DNA from: Dipteris shenzhenensis
Taxonomy: Eukaryota
Length of the DNA: 64,000 bases
Assembly (NCBI GenBank): GCA_047967505.1
Contig: CM106538.1
Reading direction: 5' to 3' (one strand)
Below, piece by piece: positions 49,468 through 61,230 of the stretch (within the stretch, counting starts at the first letter, position 1; each line of letters begins with the position of its first letter). Position numbers and translations under genes: made by a program. The notes under the pieces were generated by a model. The model saw only the letters and a list, made by a program, of their open reading frames with translations, was not told the origin of the DNA and ran no database searches.

Positions 49468-50076
49468 AGTGTGCAAATGCTGAGTATTCATCAAGGCCTA
49501 ATATATGTGTCCATGCTTGCCCCTTTCTCCATTAAGGTTTTTAGCAAAACTTTGACATTCTTTGGCGTTCTACTTTTTGGTGTGTCGTACAAGGAGAGGG
49601 CTAATTAGTGAAATTGGGATTTAGAATTGAAAGTAGCTTTCATTCAAAAGCTTACTTTTCTCCAGTTTCATTGGAGTAGTACATGATTGAAATCTTGCCC
49701 ACTACTCGATGATGTATTCGGTGCCCTTTGCTTAGGTTAATCGGGCATTGTGCTACTTTGATTAATACAAATGGTCTAATAAAACTCATCGGGGATGCCT
49801 ATTTATGGTTTATCTTACTTCTAAGATCTATAATCTATAATCTACAATCAATATGCCAACATTTTTTCCTTTTTGCCTCATTGGCATTGCATTTTTTAAA
49901 TTCACATTACTAATGGACCTTTGGTAAGCTTGATTAAAGAGACTCTAACCTACTACCTAACCCAACCTTCTAATATAACCCAAGTGAACCTCACATAGCA
50001 CTGATGTGAGCTAACCTAACATAGGGGAAGGAGAGGGAGAGGCATAGGGGAAGGGAGGAAAGGGGGGGAAAGCTCG

Positions 50077-52131
50077 AGTGTTTCAGATGGATGTAAAATC
50101 TGCCTTTCTGAATGGAGATCTCAAGGAGGAGGTACGTGGAACAACGACCAGGTTTTGTGATCCCCGGTTCAGAAGGTAAAGTCTATAAACTGAAGAAGGC
50201 ACTTTACGAGCTGAAACAGGCCCCACGGGCATGGTACCAGTGGATTGATGCCTTACTTCTGCAAAACGGGTTCAGGAGGAGCCCATCTGATGCAAATTTG
50301 TATATCTTCAGAGAAGGAGGCAGGTGTATGATCGTGGTCCTTTATGTGGACGACCTTGTCATAACAGGGAACCATGAAGAGAAGATCTCATAGACAAAGC
50401 ATTTGCTAGGAAGAGAGTTTGAAATGACAGACCTTGGACTGATGCATTTCTGTTTGGGGATTGAAGTTTGGGAAGAGCCAAAATAGATCTTCATCTCATA
50501 GCTGAAGCTCATAGCTGAAGTATGTTGAAGAGATACTGAAGGTATTTGGCATGGCTAAGTGCAAGACAATTGGCACCCCTATGGAGGTTGACGTGAAGTT
50601 CTCAAATGAGGATTCATCACCACTGGTAGACGAAGCGAAGTACAGAAGGCTTGTGGGCAGCTTGATTTACTTGTGCAACATGCAACCGGACATCAGCTTT
50701 GCGACTAGTGTACTAAGCAGGTTTTCCAATAAGCCCTCGGAGAACCATTGGAGGGCAGGGATGCGAGTGATGAAATACATCAAAGGCACACTTGATTATG
50801 GCATCACCTATACCAAGGGCAACATCTTGACCAGAATCTGTGACTCAGATTGGGCAGGAGATGTGGACAGCAAGAGATCAGTGACAGGTTACTGTTTCTC
50901 ACTTGGATCTGGAGCTGTGTCATGGATCAGTAAGAAGCAACCCACAGTTGCTCTTTCTTCTACCGAGGCTGAGTACAAATCAGCATGTTTTGCTTCTTGT
51001 AAGGCAGTGTGGTTGAGGAGGATTTTAGGGGACATGGGTGCAGTGCAGAACAAGCCTACACAGTTATCATGTGACAATCAAAGTTGCATGGCAATTGCAA
51101 AGAACCCTGTATTCCACGCTCGCACAAAACACATTAAGATTCAATATCACTTTGTATGCGAGCTCATCATGGATGGAGAGATCAACTTAGTGTACTATCT
51201 GACTACAGAGAATGCTGTGGACATCTTCATGAAGGCTCTTGGAAGAGGATTGCTGGAGAGGCATCTTCATCGACTTGGCATTGGGCCAAAAAAGTAAGTT
51301 CACTTGCGGGTGGACATTGAGGGGGGGTGTTAGATATCAATGCTCCACTCTCATGTAACTATGTGGGAACCACCTAACTCTACTTGTAAGCCCCCCATAT
51401 GAGGAGAAGGCATTTGAGTAGCTCAGTTATCCAGTAGGTCGTGGTTTGGACACTAGATGGGGGCCATGTGTGGCCTGATGGCTGGACGACTTCAGATAGA
51501 GTTGGCACACTGCCAACTAGGCTACATGCAAGTGCGGGAAGGCATCCCATGATTGACCGCACTGAGGGTAGACGGAGCATTTCCTGGGGCAGCCCACTCT
51601 TGGGTTGTGGGGCTCGTTTGGAGCCCCAGATGATCCCGAATGGCTCTGTGCCCGAACGGAGACCGTAGGTTAGTTGCTCTATTTTGCGCCACGGTTCTAT
51701 CATGTGGTCGGTGGCCTATTTCGGGATAGATCCCCAGTTGGCCATTTTGGGTAGACTGGGTCGGTCAGCCAATTGGGTCTAACTGACTACGACTGGTGGC
51801 TATATAAGAGCAAGCCCGTGAAGCCCATCATCATCACTGGCTACAGCAACCTTGATTCCTTAGCATCCAGTCTCCGTCCTCTACTATTTCCAGCATGCCA
51901 TCGAAGCTTCTCTCACATGAGTGCACGGTTGGGAGGCAGTGCCATCTATTGTATCAGTTTTACAGTAATCAAATTTTTGATTCTCCATACTATCTGCTTT
52001 TCTCTCTTGCATATAGGATCCTATTACCTGTTGAGCACAGACGTTGTATTGTTTTCTTACAAGTACAACTTCCCTGTACTCTTGGTATCTCCACTAAGGC
52101 CCATAATCCCCAGATGGTTTATGCATTAACA
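50077..52131 (+). mobile_element. pol: Ty1/Copia RT-RNase H-PPT-3' LTR fragment (family 2, copy B)
   Basis: Begins at VFQMDVKSAFLNG. ORFs 50112-50393 and 50551-51297. PPT is followed by LTR 51328-52131 (TGTTA...TAACA). Confidence 0.93.
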
Positions 52132-52844
52132 CATGGCACTCATGGTGGACTGTGCGAACCCACAACTTGCAATAATCCCCGAATCAGACCAACCAAGTGC
52201 ATGTGTAAACAATCATTTTGGGAATTGCCTAGGAAGAGAACCTGAAATCATAGTGAGTGTTGACTTACATCCGGACTCTTCAATATGGAGCTAAAAACAA
52301 CTGAGAAATTTGAATCTATTAAACAACAAAAATATTGTTTTTTTTCCCCGCTACCCTTGGCAGAAGCTCTACTACTCATTGTTTGGATCAGTATTGCTTG
52401 TGGACCTGCTTCATCATTGTTTAGAGTAGTATTTCTCAAACTTGTTTCATCTCTTGCATCAACATCACTTATTAAAATGTCCTGAATACTTGAAAGCATG
52501 CCGCTATGGTAGTCTTTAGAGCTGCCATGATTTCTTAATTTCGAGCTCGTTAGTGCAGTTCTTTTCTTCTCATAATACTTTCCTGTATCTTCCACCACAT
52601 TGAAGGAAACTTTCTTAATAGATAAATTTGATTTCAAGAAAGCTAATCCCCATTTAACAATGTTATGAAGTATCAAGGACCTCTAGATGTGACATATTAT
52701 CCATTGCATTTTAAATGACCCCTTCACTAGTCAACTTAATACCACACAAAGAAGGGGTCATTCTGAGCATAGCCCTTAAATATGTAAACAAGGCCAACAA
52801 ATCTTACACTTGAAATTTTTTAAAAAAAAATATTGATGTGCACC

Positions 52845-53350
52845 CCAACCTAAACCTTGACCCTAAATCCTAAACCCTAAACCCTAAACCTAAATTCCAA
52901 ACCCAAAATCATAAGCGTACCTCCAACTTGTTGCACATGCAACAAGTTTGGGGGCAGTCAACCTATTGGGGGATCACCCCCCAACTTATTGCATGTTGGT
53001 GGGTGCAACAAGTTGGTGGGTGCAACCCCAACCTATTGCACAAATCACCAAACCACCCACCAACATGTTGCACAAATCACCAAATTTGGTGATTTGTGCA
53101 ACATGTTGGTGGGTAGTTTGGTATTTGGTGATTTGTGCAACATGTTGGTGGTTGGTTTTGTGATTTGTGAAATAGGTTGGGGCTGCAGCCACTAACTTGT
53201 TGCAGAAATCACCAAAAATTGTAAATTATTGCTTGTATATTAGGGTTCAGCTAGGGTTTATAATCTAGAGTCGAGTTTAGAGATTATATCTTAGGGTCTA
53301 ATATATAGGTTCTCAGGCTTAAAATCTAGGTTATAGGGTTTAGGGTTTAG
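52845..53350. repeat. Foldback structure: palindrome with internal sub-repeats, flanked by telomere-like repeats in inverted orientation
   Basis: Perfect spacerless 60-bp palindrome at 53,055-53,114 inside imperfect arms 53,004-53,204. CCCTAAA-like units at 52,845-52,900 and TTTAGGG-like units at 53,240-53,350. Confidence 0.85.
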
Positions 53351-53894
53351 AGTTTATAGCTTTGTATCTAAATTTTAGAGTTTAGAATATAGAAAGTAAG
53401 GTCTATGGTCTATGGTTTATGATTTAGGGTCTTTCTTTCTTCCTCTCCTCTTGTTTCCCTTCCTCTACTTTCACTTTCCCTTCCTTTCTGTAAAGTTTCT
53501 CTCCTCCTTTCCTTTCCTGAGTCTTTCTCTAAAGGAAGAAACAATACATACAAACCAATCATGAAAGAGAAGAGTATGAAAGCTCTACCTATTTTTTTCG
53601 TGCTTTCTTCGTGTTTGTAGGCTTCTCTTTGTCTCCTCAATCCAATCCTTTGGAATGTTGCTTCTCCAAACTTCTCCTTTCACTATTTAGTTTTATTAAA
53701 ATGATATGTTTCCTCTCTTTTACAGGGCTAGTGCACGAGACACCTCCTCTTTCGAGTGGGATTATCCGGTGCCAGGACATGTCATTTCTAGATAAGAATG
53801 TGCTTCCTCTCTTTTCCTATTTTTCTTTTGGTGATTGCAATGGCATGTAGCTAGCGCCATAAGTGCTAGCTGAATTGATGGGCATAGGAACTCT

Positions 53895-54612
53895 TATCCT
53901 CTCTTTTATTCTCTGTTTTATTCTCTCCTTTATCCTCTTTTATTCTCTTTTTCCCTCTCTTTGCTTCTCTCTTTTCCTCTCTTTTTCCTTCTTCTTCCTG
54001 CTCTTTTTTCCTTTCTTTTCCTCCTCTCTTGTTCTCTCTTTTCCACTCTTTTCTACTCTTCTCCTAGTCTCTTTTTTCCTCTCTTTCCCCCCCTCTTTTC
54101 CCCTCTTTTCTCCTCTCTTTTCTCATCTTCTCCTCTTCTCTTTTTTCCCCTCTCTTCTCCTCTTTTCCTCTTTTCCTCTTTTCCTCTCTTTCCTCTCTTT
54201 CCTCCTCTCTTTCCCTCTCTTTTCCTCTCTTTCCTTCTCTCTTTTTCTCTCTTTTTTCCTCTCTTTTTCCCTCTATTTTTCTCTCTTTCCTCCTCTCTTT
54301 TCCTCCCTTTCCTTCTCTCTTTTCCTCTCTTTTCCTTCTCTTTTTTTTCTCTCTTTTCCCCTCTCTTTTCTTCTCTCTTTTCCTCTCTTTCCTTCTCTCT
54401 TTTCTTCTCTTTTCCTCTCTTTTCCTTTTCTTGTCTTTTCCTCTCTTTCTCCTCTCTTTTCCTTCCATACATTCTTTTCCTTCTCTTTTCCCCTCTCTTT
54501 TCCCCCTCTCTTTTCCCCTCTCTTTTCCTCCTCTCTTGCTCTCTCTTTCCTCTCTTTTCTCCTTGTCTCCTCTCTTCTGCTCTTCTCTTTCCCCCTCTCT
54601 TTTCCTCTCTTT
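53895..54612. repeat. Pyrimidine-only low-complexity tract (CTCTTTTC-like units)
   Basis: Seen directly. It generates spurious F/S/L-rich and K/R/E-rich ORFs. Confidence 0.95.
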
Positions 54613-54949
54613 TTGGAGAATCTCTTTTGGAAACAAATTCTGTTTAACAATACTATTTTTGCAATAAATTTTTGAATTTGAAAACTCTTGTTTAACAATA
54701 CTATTTTTTGCAATATTTTTTGTATATGAAAACTATCTTGGATATAAATTGTCTAAAGTAAAAAATTGTCTTTTCATAATTGGGTTAAGTAAATAATTTT
54801 ATTTTCATTGTTTTAGTAAATTGAATTTGAGTTTCAAGTAATACATTGTCTTTTAAGTAAATAATATTTCCGCTTCTTACCTGCTCTTCTGTTTTTTCTT
54901 TTCTTTTCGTGTTTATGTCTATGTTTGCCCAATCCCCCCAAATTGGACA

Positions 54950-57161
54950 TGTCAGCATGCGCACGTTCGGAGAGTACAAAACCCCTCGTAGGAGGAGACG
55001 TCATGATCTGTACTCTCTAGAGGACTTCGATTCCTCTTAGCCGACTCCTTAGGGGCCTACCCCTGCGACTACCCCTAGGTAGACTCCCCATAGGCCGACT
55101 CCTCTCGAGCCTAGCACTACGACTACTCCTCGGGGAACTTCTTTGCTCATAGCCCATGGCTTCGTTGGGAGTCTCGATGAGTTTGTCCCATCCATGAGTG
55201 ACGCAGAGGCAGCGAGATTATTCTCTATGCTATCCCAAAGGACCTCAGCTATTCCCTCTCCTACAACCCTCAGGGGTAGATCAGGGCCATCGATGACTTA
55301 ACCTATTACAGCCATCCGCTATAGCCCCTTCAACCAAGGGGTCATCACCTGGGCATACCCATCGTAAGTCCAAGAAGAGTAGTAAGGGTTGAGGCTATTG
55401 TGGTGGCTCAAGGAATGTAGATGAGTCTGCACACTCACATCCCTACAAGTCTCCACTTCATCATGAGACACAAAACCAGTCAGATCCCTTGCCCTCTCCA
55501 CTCACAGGCAACGGCACCCTAGAGCCCACTCCCTTTGCTACTCCTCGCTCCTTAAGCACTCGCATCACCCCTCACTCTAGCTCTGCTACTCCATCCCCAC
55601 CACGAATCCTTTGGACTTTGTTTTTCCTAAGGACCTTTCCTACAGAGTGAACATCGTTGGGGAGGTTATACATGACAAGAACAGAAAGAGGCGATCACTA
55701 GATACATGAGAAGGTTGGTGAGCACACACTTTCCAAATGATATATTCAAAACTTGGAAACAGTAGGAGCCAAGGATGCCTATAGGATCTCAGAGCCAAAG
55801 ATGCCTGCATAGAAGCCCTCAGGAGACAATTTCCAAATCCCCTCCAAAGTTTGAGTTTGAGAAAAATGCCATGCTTGCTTCCATGGGCATCTCCTTAGGT
55901 CTCATAGATACAAATTGAGGGATGTTGTAGTCAAAGGTAAGCACGATCTAGGGTGGGTGGACCGAAAGGATTGAAAGAAAGCGAAGAAGTTTTACAAGGA
56001 CAATCTAGATACATATGAGCACGATCTAGGGTGGGCAGACCGAAAGGATTGAAAGAAAGCGAAGAACGATGGCAGACTCGACAATGAGGCATGGGATGTA
56101 TGTATATATTTATCTTCTACTGGTTTTCTAATATGTTCAATCGTTCAAATGTCTTGTCATTCATATCTAACTAATTGAATTTAGATCCACAGGAATCTGT
56201 GATTGGAAGGCCTCCAGACAATGAGGAGTACAGAAGGGCCTTCAGGATTGGAGCCAAGGCATGGTTTAAGGAGAAGGAGAGAGAAGGATTCCACATCGAT
56301 TGGGAAAGGGTGGCGGCACATCATGTGAGTATACCCTATTCCTCTTCGTTATCATTTGACTCACCATTGCGTTACAATCAATGCTCTTAGTTTTTCTAAC
56401 TTGTTTCATTCTTAGGGAGGCATGTTCAACCCATTCGGAGATTCAGACGGAGGGATGCGATCTAAGGAAGAAGCGCCTCAAGACACAATAGAGGAGGGTG
56501 AGGGATCGGGCACACACAAAGAGACCAAGGGCGAGGAGACCACACACAGACTAAAGACTGAGGGTGAGGAGAGCGAGGAGGATGAGGAGGAGGATATGAC
56601 AATATTTAGTGGTTCAATATTTTAGCATTGCTGCCATTTTGTAATAGATTATGCACCTCGGTGGATTTGCCATTTTGAAATTTGACACTTTTGCCATTTT
56701 GTAGCACATTAACACATTAATTAGTTTGGCGAATTTGACATTTTGTAGCATATTGACATCACTTTGTAGACTTTCATTGCAAAATTATAATGTATACCTC
56801 TGCATTTGTATTGCATTTAATCATGATTTTAATGGGAAAAAAAATTATGTGGAACAGGATGGGATAAAAACAAGCCCTATCCTGCCCCACATAAATTTTC
56901 TAAAGCTTTTGTAAAAATGTCAGTATATATTGACGCCTATACCAGTACTACAGTGTCGATATATACCAATGCTTATACCAACTCCCATACCGACATTGTC
57001 AGGTATATTTTACTGATGACCACACTGATGCCCGTACCAACGTTTTCTTTGCAACATCCACACCGATAGAGTTTTCAACGATTTCCACTCATTTTTTAAA
57101 AAAACTTCTTCATAGTCAGCATTGATATCAGTGTTTGGAAAGAGGCCCTTGTCTTGTAGTG
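54950..57161 (+). mobile_element. 3' part of a CACTA (En/Spm) DNA transposon
   Basis: Ends in CTTGTAGTG (reverse complement CACTACAAG) at 57,153-57,161. Degenerate TACC(G/A)A subterminal repeats at ~56,930-57,130. Decayed, intron-interrupted coding-like sequence upstream. No matching 5' TIR was seen, so the left boundary is unknown. Confidence 0.6.
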
Positions 57162-59672
57162 TTTAATATTCAAAATTACATGTATACGTATGGAAGAGGG
57201 GTAAACACTTATAAAAAAATGTAAAAGTTTAAATATAGGGTTATTTGAAATGTGTGCTTGCACACACGTGTTTCATGGATTTTTCCATAGTGGCTACCCC
57301 AGCATCATTTTTAAGTTGAAATCAACCTTAATATAAGATGGATGTTGTTTGGCATTAGAGGGAAACTATATAGTCTACCATCTTGTATCTAATATGCACA
57401 TGCGTAAGGCGACTAAAAGTTAATTATTTTGTGCATATGAGTTAGCTAAATTCTTGATTTGATATGGTATAAAAATGTATTTTTTAAAGCTAAGATTAAA
57501 TGAAAGAAATAATATTGAGTGAATTCTACTATAAGCATCTTTTATAGATATATTTCTTGCCTTGATATGGTATAAAATGTAGTCTTCTAAGCTAAGATAA
57601 AATGAAAGAAGGGTCTTAAAACTACCTTTGATTGAATTCTACTTTAAGTGTGTTTTATAGATTATTTAAGTGAACATAACAAAAAACTAAACAAACATAT
57701 TTTAAATGCTTTTTAGTAACCTTTTGAGAGTTTTTACTATGATTCACATAAGCCAATTAGGCTTTCATTTTTGCACAACGGACACCCTAGTGATTGTGTA
57801 CAATTTTAATTAGATTAGAAGTACTTGTATAGTGGCCCATAAACATTCCCATAAATTTTTCTTGTAGAAATAGAAAGAAGGCTACTATACTATAAGGGCT
57901 ATTGTTAATCTAGATTAATAATGGGATATATCCAAGCAATATAAACATGAAAACTTTGTAGATTATGTAGATTTTTCATTGAACATTACATCCTGTCATA
58001 TGATATTCTATGCATTATGATGATTCTAGGTATGGTAGCACAAATATGCCTAGTCTTGCCAACTTGGAATATTTTGAATAAGATCCATAGGCGCTTTGAC
58101 CCTTTTAGAGGTCTCCCAGAATCATGTAAAACCTATCCAAAAATTCCATTTAAGATTGAAGCCAGTCGTACCACACCGTACGCAATCCTCATTTTTAAAA
58201 TTAGTAGCCTAGACTTAAAGTAAGCATCTAGAATAAAAATTAAAGGATATTGTAAGACAAGGCTTGTCTAAACTAGAATTCTATTTAAAGAATATAAAAA
58301 CCTTATGAAAATCAATCGAGATTATGACCTCCTAGGTAAGTCCCTGAAGATGCATCTTTGTAAGCCCATGTGCATGCATCGCTCACACTCTCTATAGCAT
58401 ACTTGTGATAAAAGAAGATTTATCTTGGTCATTCAAATTGTCAGTGCTATAATGTATTAAATGCTCCTCTTGTGGGAATCACATTTAAGGAGGGTGTGGT
58501 TTAATGTATTTGAGGGTAAAGCCTAAAATAAATTCTTCCATTTTACTTGCTATATAAGTCCCATCCAAAACTTATTATTATCCTTTGACACAAAATGAGC
58601 TAGCATCCCAAGGGTTATCTTAGAACAACATAATTTAGCAATCTCAATCAAGCATGGGAAAGTAAATAGAGACCTTAAATGAGCTCTAGGAAATCTCTAA
58701 AAATGAAATTAGTTAATTAGTGGATGGTGGCGGGGATAAGCATTAGATAATGTTATTTCTTGAAAATTTTTTCCTTGGTAGACTAAGTGGGCCCACTTTG
58801 ATAATGTATTCTACATTTCATAAGAAATTTTCAAATACAAGCATGGTATTAAAGTCCTTAAAAAGACATGATATGTGAAGTGGCAATTAATATTTACACG
58901 CAGATATACAAGATAACAACCTTGAGACTTGTGGATTTAAAGACAATAAGCAAGCATATGTCGTTTGTTAGAATATGAAATGTGAACAAGGAAAAGAAAC
59001 TAAATGAATACAGGAGGAATTCAAGTAAATAGATCATTGGGTGAAGCAAGGAAATTCAATGAGAAATGCATGATGCATCCCAAGCTTTAGCCTAGGGGGT
59101 TGCACATTGGGTCTCGTGCCAAAGTCTTGGAATCTTAGTGGCATCAAGCAAGAGCCTATGGATGGGTTTGGACTAGCTAGGGGGAGTAAAACCTCCCATG
59201 CTAGCTATTTAGAGAGGTATGATTGCACTAGCTTGGGGGACCTATTTGAATGTGTGGGAATTGAGCAAGCCATGTAGGTGAGCTTTTTAAAAAATGCAAA
59301 ATGTTTGCAATATGGAATTATTTGCATCCTTAATGTACTCTAAAGAGTGTGCTCTAATCACATGGGAGTGCTAATTCTATTAGAATTCATAAAGGAGAAC
59401 TACTCGATATATGGACCAATTGTGAAAAAGCACTCTCTACACAATTTAGGTCATACGTGAAGGGTTGCAATTGTGAATGAATTGAAAATGAAATAAAAAA
59501 CAAGGGAAGGAGGATTTTGCGACTTGGAGGGTTGAAATGGAACCTTGTCTCTTAAGATCTGCGTAGGCCAAAATTAGATGAATAAGAGGATGATTTGAAC
59601 ATGGTGAGGAAAACTCAAAGAGTGCCGGTTCTATTTGCAAATGTGTGAGCATGAGACGCAGCTAGCACTTAC

Positions 59673-61230
59673 GTATCTGGGCAGGCGATGTAGTTATCTG
59701 TATAGTTTCCCCACTGCGAAATCTCGTTCTCCTATAGCGCACACACCAAGTGAGTCTAGGTCATATCTACAATATACCAGCATACAAATGGCATATCTTC
59801 CAGCTAATTTGAACAAACGAGCTATAGCAGATAATGTCATCATCCCACACCTGTAAGGCATTCCATGAATAAAACTCTCCCAGCTCTAGATTCTCATGGT
59901 TTTATAGAGCGTTTGCAAGTGTGAAACAGATTAAAGAGAGACAAAGGATTACGTAATGCAAATTGTCCTGTCAATTTTACTAATGGATGGCAATGGTGTT
60001 CCCTCCTTTGTGACTTATGAATCCTACATGAAGTGGCTACTTCCAAGGAATTATGGATTATAAATTGTGAAGTAAAATGAGAATGTTCCAACATCAATGC
60101 CTATTTTTTGCGGATGAAAATATATGAGATAAGCCATCACGCCCAAGACCAGTCCAAAATATCAAATTCAGCTGCCTGACCAGACAGTCAAAGAGTGAAA
60201 CCTGATGGATGTCTCTAGCAATGTGCGCCAAAAAGAGGAGTGCTTCCGTAAAATTATCTGCAAAGATAGAATGAACTATTTTTCAGAGATTGCCAGATCT
60301 CACTCAGAGATTGAACAAACTGAAATATGGTTTTGTTTGACGGATAGCACCCAACATTGTGATTCGGATGAGTTGTAACTAGTAAGCTGTGAAGTATAGT
60401 TGTAGATAGCACCAACTGCACACATATCCTACACTCCCGCAGCATTGTAGCAATATCCTATTCTCAGCCCGAGGAAAGAAGTAGCCATATCAGAAGTTTG
60501 AACTCCGTTGAACCTTAAATTTTCAAAAAGCATCAAAAGGCGCAGGGCTTCCTCTTTACAAAGTAATGAAAATGGATGGCGAACAATATTCGATTTCGAC
60601 TGTAGCCTTACATTATTTCAAATACCGCTCTACAAAACGCATTGACACTCACTTTTATAATTGTAGTTACATAATTCGTCAGGAGTGTCAATGTAGTGAA
60701 GTGGACTACTCCAACGATACTTGAACTTTACATCATCAGCCCACGAGCATAAGCTAGAAAGGTTGCCTCCTACGTACTCTGGGAGAAGACTTTGTACTGC
60801 GTCTACAGTGGCTTGGTGAACATCGTCTGCATCATGCTACAGCTTGTAACCGAATGCCTGGGTCTTGATTTTACGCTAAGTTGTTCACACTAATAAAGGC
60901 ATCATGTGCGATGTGAAATGCAAAAATGAGGAGGTGGAGAGCATTCTCGAGGCATTCTCGTAGCGACAAAATTAGGATGAGAATTGGGTGATAGAGTGCA
61001 AATCGGAGATCAATGAAAACATCGTAGGAAAGATATCTACAATGATGAAGCAAATCGGAGCTCAATGAAAACGTTGTTATAGGAAATATGTCTACATAAC
61101 TGAAGAAGAAGACCTAGGCTATGGAGCAGCTGAGGAAGTGCCCATCAATGCCCCAAGCAAGGGCGGAGGGAGTGGCACCGCTGAAGAGGAAAGCAAGCAC
61201 TTGGAGAGGAAGACAAGGCCGGGAAGCCAT
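59673..61230 (-). pseudogene. S1/P1 nuclease (plant ENDO/BFN1 family) unprocessed pseudogene
   Basis: Exons: 61230-61114 (signal peptide + WGIDGH), 60826-60653 (LCSWADDVKFKYRWSSPLHYIDTPD), 60457-60356 (CAVGAIYNYTSQL), 60257-60202 (NFTEALLFLAH...DIHQ), 60036-59953 (PLHVGF...GGNTI), 59850 onward (VWDDDII), ~59731-59673 (ACPD). At least five stops and a frameshift. The last exons were not found. Confidence 0.93.

Larger units (their letters stand above)
33675..52949 (+). repeat. Copy B of the segmental duplication
   Basis: Collinear with copy A except for: a 3.94-kb deletion at ~37,148, a ~90-bp deletion at ~39,066, an intact gene, and a junction at 50,076 that jumps straight to Copia RT. Confidence 0.97.

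Noticed and set aside
1-52949. The duplication as an uncollapsed-haplotype assembly artefact
   Set aside because: Not fully excluded. However, the permuted order and unique microhomology junctions are not expected from simple haplotig stacking. Read depth and long reads would decide.
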